In this document: positions 20,109-30,592 of the stretch, piece by piece | Layout: every line of letters starts with the position of its first letter | Numbering within the stretch: the stretch's first letter is position 1 | Assembly (NCBI GenBank): GCA_965140705.1 | Contig: OZ223302.1 | Location: 320,001 to 384,000, forward strand | Source of the DNA: an uncultured Arcobacter sp. | Lineage (GTDB): Bacteria > Campylobacterota > Campylobacteria > Campylobacterales > Arcobacteraceae | DNA length: 64,000 bases | Reading direction: 5' to 3' | Position numbers and translations under genes: made by a program | Notes under the pieces: generated by a model | Told to the model about the DNA's origin: nothing | Databases searched by the model: none | The model's input: only the letters and a program-made list of their open reading frames with translations

Positions 20109-21086
20109 TTAATTTCTTCTTTGCCCAGGCTTTGGTTCACTTACCTCTTTTTGTAAGTCCACACTAAGATTATTATAAAACAATTCACCATAATCTGTCA
20201 ATCTATTTATTGTCTCATATGCTTGTTTTATATTATTATTATATTTTAAAGCATCTTGTAAAATTTTTATAATTTTAACTGATTCTAAAAAGTTTACGTG
20301 ACTAGGTGCTTCAATAGGAGAAGAATAATACTTATGCATACGCTCTACTAAGTTTTTATTTCTGATTTCAATAAAAACTGACTCAATGGGAGATTTGAAA
20401 AAAAGTACCTTTTGTTTAACATTGATAGAGATATAAGTTGTCTCCATACCATATATTTTTCTTGAAAAAGAATCAAACAAAAATAGCTTTTTATTGTAGT
20501 TATTATTAAACAGTTCATAAATAAGTTCAAGTATTTTTATCTTCTCTTCTTTTGTATAAAAGTTCCCAATACTTGCAAAACAAAATGAAAGAATAGACTT
20601 TATAGAGTACCACTCAGTTGTATCATAATCATATCTAAGCATTTGGTTTATTCTATTTTGTTTAAGCATTTCTATTTCTGAGCTTGTTTGAGTTCTATAT
20701 GTTCTTTTTACTGCTGTATCCCTATACATAGGTCCTGGAAATTGTGCTTGAATTACAAATCTTCTATTCTCTTCTATTTCCATTATATATCTCATTCTTC
20801 CACAATAATCTTCATCGATTATTCTTACTTCTTTTTGTGGGATTTGAGTAATTGATTTTATAAATTCTTCATCATTACAAGCCTCTTCCCAAATATAATC
20901 TGGGTATCTAAACAATGCACAAATTTTATCTTTAACACTTGTTGATGGTTCAACATCTGTTACTCTATCAACCCAAGAAGTAACTGTTCTTCTATCTTTT
21001 TGAATTAATGATGCAAATTTTGATATACTTAAATTAGATCTTTTATATATCTCTATTAGCTTATCTATACTTGTTTTATAAGACAT
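20109..21086 (-). CDS. Putative XRE-type HTH regulator divergent from the prp operon
   Basis: N-terminal LSISKFASLIQKDRRTVTSW is HTH-like; C-terminal ~250 aa unrecognised; GAGGA RBS. Confidence 0.6.
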   Translation of the reverse strand: MSYKTSIDKLIEIYKRSNLSISKFASLIQKDRRTVTSWVDRVTDVEPSTSVKDKICALFRYPDYIWEEACNDEEFIKSITQIPQKEVRIIDEDYCGRMRYIMEIEENRRFVIQAQFPGPMYRDTAVKRTYRTQTSSEIEMLKQNRINQMLRYDYDTTEWYSIKSILSFCFASIGNFYTKEEKIKILELIYELFNNNYNKKLFLFDSFSRKIYGMETTYISINVKQKVLFFKSPIESVFIEIRNKNLVERMHKYYSSPIEAPSHVNFLESVKIIKILQDALKYNNNIKQAYETINRLTDYGELFYNNLSVDLQKEVSEPKPGQRRN

Positions 21087-21262
21087 TTCTTCCTCTTTTT
21101 ATAATTTTAACTAAAAAATTGTACCATTTTTATACATAAAATCAAATATTGTACAAAATAATTCTATCTGTAAAGAACTTGTGTTTTTCTTTTCAACTAT
21201 TATACAATACATACATTTCACTATGATGTATACTAACAATATAAAACTACAAAAGGATTTAC

Positions 21263-22147
21263 ATGAGCGCAGGAAAAAGATTTAGAGAAGCTCTTAAAGA
21301 AGAGACACCATTACAAATTGTTGGTACAATTAATGCTTATCAAGCGTTACAAGCTACAAAAGTAGGATTTAAAGCTATTTACCTTTCAGGTGGAGGTATA
21401 GCAAATGCTTCTTATGGTTTACCAGATTTAGGTATGACTATGATTGAAGATGTATGTATTGATATTAGAAGAGTTACTTCAATTTGTGATACTCCATTAA
21501 TCGTTGATGCTGATACAGGTTGGGGACATGCATTTAATGTAGCTAGAACTGTTAAAGAATTTATCAGATCTGGTGCTGCTGGATTACATATTGAAGATCA
21601 AGTTGCTGCAAAAAGATGTGGACACAGACCAAACAAAGAGTTAGTTTCAACTGAAGAGATGTGTGATAGAATCAGAGCTGCTGTTGATGCCAAAATGGAA
21701 TTAGATCCAGATTTTTATATCATTGCAAGAACTGATGCACATGCTTCAGAGGGTCAAGAAGCTGCAGTTGAAAGAGCAAAAGCGTATGTTGAAGCTGGGG
21801 CAGATGCAATTTTTGCAGAAGCAGTTCATACATTAAAAGAATATAAAGAATTTTGTGATCAAATGTCTGTACCTGTATTAGCAAACATTACTGAGTTTGG
21901 GGCAACTCCAATGTTTACTACTGAAGAATTAGGAAGTGTTGGTATTGAAATGGTACTTTATCCATTATCAGCATTTAGAGCTATGAACAAAGCTGCTTTA
22001 CATGTATACCAAGAATTAAGAGATAAAGGTACTCAAGAAAGTACTTTAGACACTATGCAAACAAGAATGGAACTTTACGAAATGTTGGGGTATCACGAAT
22101 ATGAACAAAAAATGGATTCATTATTCGCAAAAGGTAAAGCTAAATAA
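21263..22147 (+). CDS. prpB: 2-methylisocitrate lyase
   Basis: GLPDLG, DADTGWG, EDQV..KRCGHR, ARTDA. Confidence 0.96.
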   Translation: MSAGKRFREALKEETPLQIVGTINAYQALQATKVGFKAIYLSGGGIANASYGLPDLGMTMIEDVCIDIRRVTSICDTPLIVDADTGWGHAFNVARTVKEFIRSGAAGLHIEDQVAAKRCGHRPNKELVSTEEMCDRIRAAVDAKMELDPDFYIIARTDAHASEGQEAAVERAKAYVEAGADAIFAEAVHTLKEYKEFCDQMSVPVLANITEFGATPMFTTEELGSVGIEMVLYPLSAFRAMNKAALHVYQELRDKGTQESTLDTMQTRMELYEMLGYHEYEQKMDSLFAKGKAK

Positions 22148-22196
22148 TTTAGCTTTACTAAAATAATTATAGATAACAAAAACAAAAGGAGACAAT

Positions 22197-23345
22197 ATGA
22201 GCACTACAACTACAGGATTTAAGCCAAAAAAATCAGTTGCACTTTCGGGGACTGCTGCTGGGAATACAGCTATTTGTACAGTTGGAAAATCGGGGAATGA
22301 TTTACATTATAGAGGTTATGACATCTTAGAATTTGCAACTCAAGCTGAATTTGAAGAAATTGCATATTTAATAGTACATGAAAAATTACCAAATAAAGCA
22401 GAACTAAAAGCTTATAAAGAAAAATTACAAAGTATGAGAGATCTTCCAGATGGTGTTAAAGTTGCATTAGAACAACTACCAAAAACTGCACACCCAATGG
22501 ATGTTATGAGAACAGGTTGTTCAGTTCTTGGGGCAATTATGTCTGAAGATGAATCTCATCCAAAAGAAGGAGCACAAAATATTATTGATAAATTAATGTC
22601 TTGTTTCCCTTCAATATTATGTTACTGGTATCACTATGCATACAATGGAAAAAGAATTGAAGTTGTAACTGATGATGATACTATTGGTGGTCACTTTTTA
22701 CACTTATTACATGGTGAAAAACCAAGAGAATCTTGGGTTAAGGCTATGCACGTATCTTTAATTTTATATGCAGAGCATGAATTCAATGCCTCAACATTTA
22801 CTTCAAGAGTTATCTCTGGAACAAACTCAGATATGTTCTCATGTATAACTGGGGCAATTGGAGCTTTAAGAGGTCCTAAACATGGTGGAGCAAATGAAGT
22901 TGCATTTAGAATTCAAGAAAGATACTCTTCAGCTGATGAGGCAGAAAAAGATATCAAAGAGAGAATGGCAAGAAAAGAAATTATCATTGGATTTGGACAC
23001 CCTGTATATACTACAAGTGATCCAAGAAATGTAGTAATTAAAAAAGTTGCTGAAGATTTATCTAAAGAAAACAATGACATGTTAATGTATGATGTTGCTG
23101 AAAGAATTGAATCTGTAATGTGGGAACAAAAGAAAATGTTCCCAAATCTTGACTGGTTCTCAGCAGTTTCTTATAACCAAATGGGAATTCCAACAGATAT
23201 GTTTACTCCAATTTTCATTATCTCAAGAGTTACTGGATGGGGAGCACATGCTATTGAACAAAGAGAAGATGGGAAAATCATTAGACCATCGGCTAATTAT
23301 ACAGGACCTGAAGGTTTAAAATTCGTTCCTTTAGAAGAAAGATAA
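22197..23345 (+). CDS. prpC: 2-methylcitrate synthase
   Basis: [42 protein letters not shown]. Confidence 0.95.
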   Translation: MSTTTTGFKPKKSVALSGTAAGNTAICTVGKSGNDLHYRGYDILEFATQAEFEEIAYLIVHEKLPNKAELKAYKEKLQSMRDLPDGVKVALEQLPKTAHPMDVMRTGCSVLGAIMSEDESHPKEGAQNIIDKLMSCFPSILCYWYHYAYNGKRIEVVTDDDTIGGHFLHLLHGEKPRESWVKAMHVSLILYAEHEFNASTFTSRVISGTNSDMFSCITGAIGALRGPKHGGANEVAFRIQERYSSADEAEKDIKERMARKEIIIGFGHPVYTTSDPRNVVIKKVAEDLSKENNDMLMYDVAERIESVMWEQKKMFPNLDWFSAVSYNQMGIPTDMFTPIFIISRVTGWGAHAIEQREDGKIIRPSANYTGPEGLKFVPLEER

Positions 23346-23438
23346 AAAAACTTAAAATATTCTAGTGCCACCTTTGGCAAACACTATAAGGATAAGCTTT
23401 TGCTTATCCTTTCAAATTCAAACTAAATGGATATAAAT

Positions 23439-26033
23439 ATGACAAATGAAAAATATCTTAAAGAACTTGATGGTTTTAACACAAAATATTATGATGTAAA
23501 AGCAGCCGTTGAAGATATAACTCCTGGTTCTTTTGAGAAACTTAACTATACATCAAGAGTATTAGCAGAAAACTTAATAAGAAAATGTCCAAGTGCTGAT
23601 TTAAAAGATTCACTTATTCAACTTATTGAAAAAAGAACTGACAAAGATTTCCCTTGGTTTCCTTCACGTGTAATCTGTCATGATATCTTAGGACTTACAG
23701 CTTTTGTTGACCTTGCAGGTCTTAGAGAAGCAGTTGCAAGTAAAGGAGGAAATCCTGATAAAGTAAATCCAGTAGTTCCTACTCAACTTATCGTTGACCA
23801 CTCGCTTGCGGTTGAGTGTGGTGGATTTGATCCAGATGCATTTCAAAAAAATAGAGATATTGAAGATAGAAGAAATGCAGATAGATTCCACTTTATAAAC
23901 TGGACAAAAGAAGCATTTAACAACGTTGATGTTATTCCTCCAGGAAATGGTATCATGCACCAAATCAACTTAGAGAAAATGTCTCCAGTTGTACATAATA
24001 TAGATGGAATAGCATCTCCTGATACATTAGTTGGTACAGACTCACACACTCCTCATGTTGATGCACTTGGTGTTATCGCTGTTGGTGTTGGTGGATTAGA
24101 AGCTGAAAATGTAATGCTAGGAAACCCATCTTATATGAGAGTTCCAGAAATCATTGGTGTAGAAATTACAGGTGTTAGAGCAGAAGGTATCACGGCAACT
24201 GATATTGCACTTGCTATGACTTCATTCTTAAGAGAAAACAATGTTATTTCTGCTTATTTAGAATTCTTCGGTTCAGGTGTTCAGTACTTAAACTTAGGGG
24301 ATAGAGCAACAATTGCAAATATGACTCCTGAATATGGTGCAAGTGCTGGTATCTTTGCTATTGATGAACAAACTATTGATTATCTAACAGTAACAGGTAG
24401 AGATGCTACTCAAGTTAAACTTGTGGAAGCTTATGCAAAAGCAAATGGATTATGGGCAGACCAATTTGATAATGCTACATATGCAAGAACTATTAAATTT
24501 GATTTATCAAAAGTTACACGTTCTTTAGCAGGTCCATCTAAACCACATAAATTAGTTCCTACTTCTACTTTACAAGCAGAGGGTATTACAAAAGAGTGGA
24601 AACAAGAAGGTGATTTTATTCCTGATGGTGGTATCTTAATTGCTGCGATTACATCTTGTACAAACACTTCAAACCCAAGAAATGTTATTGCTGCTGGTTT
24701 AGTTGCTAAAAAAGCAAATGAGCTTGGTTTAACAAGAAAACCATGGGTTAAATCATCTTTAGCACCAGGTTCAAAAGTTGCAGAATTATACTTAAAAGAA
24801 TCAGGTCTTTTACCAGAACTTGAAAAACTAGGATTTGGTATTGTTGGTTTTGCATGTACAACTTGTAATGGTATGAGTGGGGCTTTAGATCCAAAAATTC
24901 AGCAAGAAGTTGTAGATAGAGATATTTATACTACTGCTGTATTATCAGGAAACAGAAACTTTGATGGAAGAATCCATCCATATGTAAAAGAAGCATTTTT
25001 AGCTTCACCTCCACTTGTAATTGCTTATGCTTTAGCAGGTACTATTAGATTTGATATAGAAAAAGATGTATTAGGGAAAGATAAAGATGGTAATGATATT
25101 AAATTAAAAGATTTATGGCCATCAGATGAAGAAATTAATGCAATTGAAAAATCAGCAGTTAAACCTGAAATGTTTGGTGAAATTTATGATCCAATGTTTG
25201 CAAGAGATATATTGGGTGATATTAAAATCGACCCATTCTATAAATGGAACCCTAAATCTACATATATCAATAAACCTCCTTATTGGGAAGATGAATATAT
25301 GCAAATGCCAGCACTTAAAGGTATGAGACCATTAGGTGTGTTCCCTGATAATATTACAACAGATCACTTATCGCCTTCAAATGCGATTTTACCAACAAGT
25401 GCTTCTGGGGAATATTGTTTAAAAATGGGATTACCTGTTGAAGATTTAAACTCTTATGCAACACATAGAGGAGATCATCATACAGCTTCAAGAGCAACAT
25501 TAGCAAATCCAAAACTATTTAATGAAATGGTTAAAGATGAAAAGGGAAATGTTAAACAAGGTTCATTGACAAAAATTATGCCAGAAGGTAAAGAATCAAG
25601 AATGTGGGAAGCTATTGAGACATATACTCAAAGAAAACAACCACTTATTATCATTGCTGGTACTAATTACGGTCAAGGGTCTTCAAGAGACTGGGCTGCA
25701 AAAGGTGTAAGACTTGCAGGTGTTGAAGTACTTATTGCTGAATCAATTGAAAGAATTCACAGAACTAACTTAGTTGGTATGGGTGTCTTACCATTACAAT
25801 TCAAAGAGGGTGAGACTAGACATACTTATGCTATTGATGGAAGTGAAACTTTTGATATAGAAGGTAAAATTACTCCAAGATGTGATTTAACTGTAGTTAT
25901 GACAAGAGCAAATGGTGAAGTTGTTAAATTCCCTGTATTATGTAGATTAGATACAACTGCTGAAGTTGAAGTTTACAAAAATGGTGGTATTTTACAAAAA
26001 TTCGCTAAAGATGTTATTGCAGAAGGTAAATAA
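23439..26033 (+). CDS. acnD: Fe/S-dependent 2-methylisocitrate dehydratase AcnD
   Basis: RVICHDILG, AAITSCTNTSNPRN, ACTTCNGMSGAL; lies between prpC and prpF; start at 23427 or 23439. Confidence 0.94.
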   Translation: MTNEKYLKELDGFNTKYYDVKAAVEDITPGSFEKLNYTSRVLAENLIRKCPSADLKDSLIQLIEKRTDKDFPWFPSRVICHDILGLTAFVDLAGLREAVASKGGNPDKVNPVVPTQLIVDHSLAVECGGFDPDAFQKNRDIEDRRNADRFHFINWTKEAFNNVDVIPPGNGIMHQINLEKMSPVVHNIDGIASPDTLVGTDSHTPHVDALGVIAVGVGGLEAENVMLGNPSYMRVPEIIGVEITGVRAEGITATDIALAMTSFLRENNVISAYLEFFGSGVQYLNLGDRATIANMTPEYGASAGIFAIDEQTIDYLTVTGRDATQVKLVEAYAKANGLWADQFDNATYARTIKFDLSKVTRSLAGPSKPHKLVPTSTLQAEGITKEWKQEGDFIPDGGILIAAITSCTNTSNPRNVIAAGLVAKKANELGLTRKPWVKSSLAPGSKVAELYLKESGLLPELEKLGFGIVGFACTTCNGMSGALDPKIQQEVVDRDIYTTAVLSGNRNFDGRIHPYVKEAFLASPPLVIAYALAGTIRFDIEKDVLGKDKDGNDIKLKDLWPSDEEINAIEKSAVKPEMFGEIYDPMFARDILGDIKIDPFYKWNPKSTYINKPPYWEDEYMQMPALKGMRPLGVFPDNITTDHLSPSNAILPTSASGEYCLKMGLPVEDLNSYATHRGDHHTASRATLANPKLFNEMVKDEKGNVKQGSLTKIMPEGKESRMWEAIETYTQRKQPLIIIAGTNYGQGSSRDWAAKGVRLAGVEVLIAESIERIHRTNLVGMGVLPLQFKEGETRHTYAIDGSETFDIEGKITPRCDLTVVMTRANGEVVKFPVLCRLDTTAEVEVYKNGGILQKFAKDVIAEGK

Positions 26034-26138
26034 TCCTCAGATAAACTCTTCTATTTTAAGGGCAATTGCCCTTAAAGTATTTATCAAAGAATCAAAAGAT
26101 TTTTTAATAAATATTTTAAACTTAATAAAGGAAATCAA

Positions 26139-27317
26139 ATGGCTTACCAACCACAATTTAAAGTAAGAGCAACATATATGAGAGGTGGAACTTCAAAAGG
26201 AACTTTTTTTAATATAGCTGACTTACCAAAAGAGGCACAAGAAAATCAAGAAGCAAAAAATAAACTTTTACAAAGAATTGTTGGAAGCCCTGATGCCTAT
26301 AAAAAACAAATAGATGGTATGGGTGGAGCAACTTCAAGTACCTCAAAAACTGTAATAGTAGGGAAAAGTGAAGTTCCAGGACATGATGTTGATTATTATT
26401 TTGGTCAAGTTGCTATTGATAAAGATTTTATGGATTGGTCTGGAAACTGTGGAAACTTATCAAGTGCAGTTGGTCCTTTTGCTATAAAAGAGGGTTTAGT
26501 TGACAATGTACCCCAAAATGGTGTTTGTTGTGTAAAAATTTGGCAAGCAAATATCAAAAAAACTATACTTTGTTATGTAACAATGGCAGATGGAATGGTT
26601 AAAGAAATAGGTGATTATGAAATCGATGGGGTTACTTTTCCAGCTGAAGAGATTAAATTAGAGTTTGTTGAACCTGTTGATCCAAGTGAAGAGTTATTTC
26701 CAACTGGTAATTTAGTAGATGATTTAGAAGTTCCAGGTATTGGTACTTTTAAAGCTACTATGATAACAGCTGGTATTCCTACAATTTTCTTAAATGCTGA
26801 TGAGATTGGATACACAGGAACTGAACTTCAAGGGGATATTAACTCAGATGTTGAAGCACTAAAAGGATTTGAAACAATTAGAATAGCAGGTGCTATGAAA
26901 ATGGGACTTATGAAAGACCCAAAAGATGCAGAGACGCAACAACATGTACCAAAAGTTGCCTTTGTAGCACCACCATCTGATTTTACAACATCAACTGGAA
27001 AAACAATAAAAAAAGATGAAATTGATTTACACGTGCGTGCTTTATCTATGCAACAACTACACCATGCAATGATGGGAACAGCTTCTGTTGCTATTGGAGT
27101 GGCAGCTTGTGTTCCTGGAACATTAGTTAACTTAGCTGCTGGTGGAGGAGAAAAAGATGATGTAAACTTTGGACATCCATCTGGAACTTTAAAAGTAGGA
27201 GCATCTTTAACTAACAAAGATGGTAAATACAAAGTTGAAAAAGCAAGTATGAGTAGAAGTGCAAGAATTATCATGGAAGGTAATGTTTATGTACCTGCTG
27301 GAACTATGGAAAAATAA
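26139..27317 (+). CDS. prpF: 2-methylaconitate cis-trans isomerase PrpF
   Basis: YMRGGTSKG, QIDGMGGATSSTSK, GNCGN, HHAMMGT, HPSG, RSAR. Confidence 0.95.
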   Translation: MAYQPQFKVRATYMRGGTSKGTFFNIADLPKEAQENQEAKNKLLQRIVGSPDAYKKQIDGMGGATSSTSKTVIVGKSEVPGHDVDYYFGQVAIDKDFMDWSGNCGNLSSAVGPFAIKEGLVDNVPQNGVCCVKIWQANIKKTILCYVTMADGMVKEIGDYEIDGVTFPAEEIKLEFVEPVDPSEELFPTGNLVDDLEVPGIGTFKATMITAGIPTIFLNADEIGYTGTELQGDINSDVEALKGFETIRIAGAMKMGLMKDPKDAETQQHVPKVAFVAPPSDFTTSTGKTIKKDEIDLHVRALSMQQLHHAMMGTASVAIGVAACVPGTLVNLAAGGGEKDDVNFGHPSGTLKVGASLTNKDGKYKVEKASMSRSARIIMEGNVYVPAGTMEK

Positions 27318-27339
27318 AAAATTTCAATTCAATTACAAG

Positions 27340-27372
27340 AGGGGAAAAGATTAATCTCTTTTCCCCTTTTTT
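27340..27372 (+). terminator. Intrinsic terminator after prpF
   Basis: aggggaaaaga-ttaatc-tcttttcccct followed by a T run. Confidence 0.8.
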
Positions 27373-27417
27373 AATTTTATTTTGGCAATAATACTTTTTT
27401 ATAAAAAAAGGCTTATC

Positions 27418-28068
27418 ATGAAAACTTGGCAAGATGTTATTAATAAACAAAAAGAACAAGAATATTTCCAAAAATTAGAAAATGAAATTAATCATTTATA
27501 TGATAAGACAACCGTCTTTCCAGAAAAAAAGAATATATATAATGCCTTTGATACAACTCCTTTAGATGAATTAAAAGTTGTAATTCTAGGACAAGATCCC
27601 TACCATGGAGCAGGTCAAGCACAAGGTTTAGCTTTCTCAACTCCAAAAGAGATAAAAAATCCACCCTCAATGGTAAATATTCTAAAAGAGATAAAAGATG
27701 ATTTAAAAAGAGATTCTTCTTGCCTTGATGGAGATTTAACACCTTGGGCAAAACAAGGAGTACTATTATTAAATACTATTCTAACGGTAGAAGAATCAAA
27801 GCCTAAATCACACCATAAATTGGGTTGGGAAATATTTACAGATAATATCATTAAACATATCTCAGCAAACTGTGAAGATATAATCTTCATACTATGGGGA
27901 GCTCCTGCTATTGCAAAAACAAAATTAATAGAGGATAATAAACACTATATACTAACAGCACCCCACCCTAGCCCTTTATCATCTTATAGAGGATTTTTTG
28001 GATGTAAACACTTTAGTAAAACAAATGAGATATTAGAATCATTGGGAAAAAAAGAAATAAATTGGTAA
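27418..28068 (+). CDS. ung: Uracil-DNA glycosylase (family 1)
   Basis: GQDPYH, PPS, LLLN, HPSPLS; ATG at 27418 follows AAGG. Confidence 0.95.
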   Translation: MKTWQDVINKQKEQEYFQKLENEINHLYDKTTVFPEKKNIYNAFDTTPLDELKVVILGQDPYHGAGQAQGLAFSTPKEIKNPPSMVNILKEIKDDLKRDSSCLDGDLTPWAKQGVLLLNTILTVEESKPKSHHKLGWEIFTDNIIKHISANCEDIIFILWGAPAIAKTKLIEDNKHYILTAPHPSPLSSYRGFFGCKHFSKTNEILESLGKKEINW

Positions 28069-28088
28069 AACACTTAAAAAGTGTTTTA

Positions 28089-28631
28089 CTATTTTACTAA
28101 GGCAGAAATACCTTTAAATTGTGGATGTTTTGCATTTACTGTCAATTCAAATAAAAGTGACTCATAAGTTGTAGGGATTACTCCCGATTGAACAAGTCTT
28201 GTAATTGCGACATCTGTATCCTTTTGTTTTCTTGAAGTTACGCAATCAGTCACTAAGATTACTTTATATCCAGCTTGTAATAAGTCAATACAAGTTTGAA
28301 GCACACAAACATGAGTCTCTATTCCTGCAACTATAATTTGTTTTTTACCTAAAGTATTAATTGCAACCATTGTCTCTTCATTTTTACAACAAGAAAAAGT
28401 CGTCTTTTCAAAGTGTGGATAATCATCAACTAACTCTCTTAAAGAAGGAATAGTCTCTCCAATACCTTTTTTATATTGTTCATTTACTATAAATGGAACT
28501 TCATGGAGTTGTAAACCTTTTACCAAAGTTAGTAAATTCTTTTCTACCTCATCTTTATTAGTCATGTGGGGATAAAGTCTTTCTTGAACATCAACTAAAC
28601 AAAATGCTACATTTTTTACATCTATTCTCAT
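28089..28631 (-). CDS. Isochorismatase-family hydrolase
   Basis: VDVQERL, EQY.KG.G.T, K..FSC, GIETHVCVLQT. Confidence 0.9.
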   Translation of the reverse strand: MRIDVKNVAFCLVDVQERLYPHMTNKDEVEKNLLTLVKGLQLHEVPFIVNEQYKKGIGETIPSLRELVDDYPHFEKTTFSCCKNEETMVAINTLGKKQIIVAGIETHVCVLQTCIDLLQAGYKVILVTDCVTSRKQKDTDVAITRLVQSGVIPTTYESLLFELTVNAKHPQFKGISALVK

Positions 28632-28770
28632 CTTTACTCCTTGTGAAATTGTGATTTTAAATTCGTTATATTATCAACTAATTTATTATCATACATAAAG
28701 CAGTAAAAAAAATCTAGTAAAAATTACTCTTTGGAGAAGGAATTAAAAAAAAGTGAGAAGTTTATAAACA

Positions 28771-28791
28771 TGAGGGGTAAAAAGCCCCTCA
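28771..28791 (-). terminator. Probable terminator hairpin after hemC
   Basis: tgagggg-taaaaag-cccctca. Confidence 0.55.
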
Positions 28792-28796
28792 AAATG

Positions 28797-29735
28797 CTAT
28801 TTAAATGCTACCTTTTCAGCGCGTGCTAGCAACTCTTTAGCACCTTGGTCAATAAAAGTTTGAGCTAAAGTTTGTCCTGCAGTTTTATAATCATTGATAT
28901 TAATGACTAACTCTTCTTGAACATATTCACTACCATCTGGCATCCCAACTATTGCTCTTACATCTACTGAACTTTCATCTAAAATAGTCGCTTTTACTCC
29001 AATAGGAACTTGACAACCACCTTCTAAAGTATGTACAAAACTTCTTTCAATAGTTGATTCTATTTCAGCATTTTTATCATGTAAAACAGATAATATCTCT
29101 ACTAATTCTGGATTATTCAAGGTTTCAATACCTAAAGTAGCTTGTCCCATAGATGGAATCATCTCATCAATAGAAATTGGTGTGAAATATTTTACTTCAT
29201 CTTCTATTTGAAGTTTTTGAACACCAGTTGCTGCTAAAATAATAGCATCATATTCGCCAGCTTTTAGTTTTGCAATTCTTGTATTGATATTTCCTCTTAA
29301 ATCTTTAAGTTCAATATCTGGTCTTAAAAGTTTTAACTCCATTCTTCGTCTTAAACTTGTAGTTCCAATTATTGCACCCTTTGGTAGTTCACTAATGTTT
29401 GCATATTTTTCACTTAGAAAAGCATCCCTTGGATCAAATCTTTTTGTAAGTGCTGCTAATACAAATCCTTCTTCAAACTCAACTGGAACATCTTTTAAAG
29501 AGTGTACGGCTATATCTGCTTCTTTGTTTTCAAGTGCTATTTCTAACTCTTTTGTAAAAAGTCCTTTTCCACCTATTTTTGCTAAGGGTACGTCTAATAT
29601 CTTATCAGCTTTTGTTGAAAATGTTTTTAGTTCTATAACCATATCTGGATAATGTTTTAAAAGCTCTGCTTTGATATATTCACTTTGCCAAAGTGCTAAT
29701 TTACTCTTTCTAGTTGCTATTACAATTTTCTTCAT
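28797..29735 (-). CDS. hemC: Hydroxymethylbilane synthase
   Basis: ATRKSKLALWQ, GGKGLFTKE, HSLKD, GTTSLRR, GGCQVP. Confidence 0.97.
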   Translation of the reverse strand: MKKIVIATRKSKLALWQSEYIKAELLKHYPDMVIELKTFSTKADKILDVPLAKIGGKGLFTKELEIALENKEADIAVHSLKDVPVEFEEGFVLAALTKRFDPRDAFLSEKYANISELPKGAIIGTTSLRRRMELKLLRPDIELKDLRGNINTRIAKLKAGEYDAIILAATGVQKLQIEDEVKYFTPISIDEMIPSMGQATLGIETLNNPELVEILSVLHDKNAEIESTIERSFVHTLEGGCQVPIGVKATILDESSVDVRAIVGMPDGSEYVQEELVININDYKTAGQTLAQTFIDQGAKELLARAEKVAFK

Positions 29736-30577
29736 TATTTACTTCCTAAAGTCTCATATTTTAATCTACTCTCATCTTTTTCACCATTTACAAAAATAGT
29801 TGGAGTCCCTTTTACCATAACATCATCTCCCTTTTTTACATCATCTAGAACTCTTGCCATAACTTCTGTAGAATTTATTTGTTCTTTTGTAATATTTGTT
29901 TTAAAGACTTTATTAAAAGCACTTAATATCTTATCTTCATCTTTTGAACTTACAGGAAAATATTTTTCCCAATTTGTAGTATAAACTTTTCTCTCAACAT
30001 CTTTTAGACCCATTTGTCTTGCTACATCTATAGCTTTTACCATAGTTGCAGATGCAGGATGAACTCTTAAAAGAGGGAAATTATAATAATAAAGAGCTAT
30101 TTCATTTTTATTATCTTTTACATGGTCAATCAAGTCAGGAAGAGCCTCTATACAAAAAGGACATAAAGGATCAGAAAAAACTACTATTTTATCTTTTGCC
30201 TTTGCATTTCCTGCTATTAAATGATCTTCTTGATAATAGCTTGCATTAAGTTTTGGTTGTAGTAAATCTTTATACGATGCACCTGTTTTCAAATTTATCA
30301 ACTCAGGAGCTACAACTTTCCCATTTGAAAAAATTATATCTTTTGCATTTATCTCTTTGTCTTTTACTTTTGCACTTATATCTATAATAAACCCATACCA
30401 GTTTGTCATTGGTTCTGGCATTTTTTGTTTCACACTTATCTTTACATCTTTTATCTCAACTCTCGCATTATTGGAAAGTCTATTTTTCTCAAAACTTATA
30501 ACATCATTATCAAAAGTTGTAGCACTTAAACTAACAGTCATAATAGAAAAAATACATATTAATTTTTTATAATTCAT
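29735..30577 (-). CDS. Periplasmic thioredoxin-fold disulfide oxidoreductase (Dsb-like)
   Basis: Signal peptide, FSDPLCPFC, GTPT cis-Pro loop. Confidence 0.85.
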   Translation of the reverse strand: MNYKKLICIFSIMTVSLSATTFDNDVISFEKNRLSNNARVEIKDVKISVKQKMPEPMTNWYGFIIDISAKVKDKEINAKDIIFSNGKVVAPELINLKTGASYKDLLQPKLNASYYQEDHLIAGNAKAKDKIVVFSDPLCPFCIEALPDLIDHVKDNKNEIALYYYNFPLLRVHPASATMVKAIDVARQMGLKDVERKVYTTNWEKYFPVSSKDEDKILSAFNKVFKTNITKEQINSTEVMARVLDDVKKGDDVMVKGTPTIFVNGEKDESRLKYETLGSK

Positions 30578-30592
30578 AATACCTCCTAAAAT

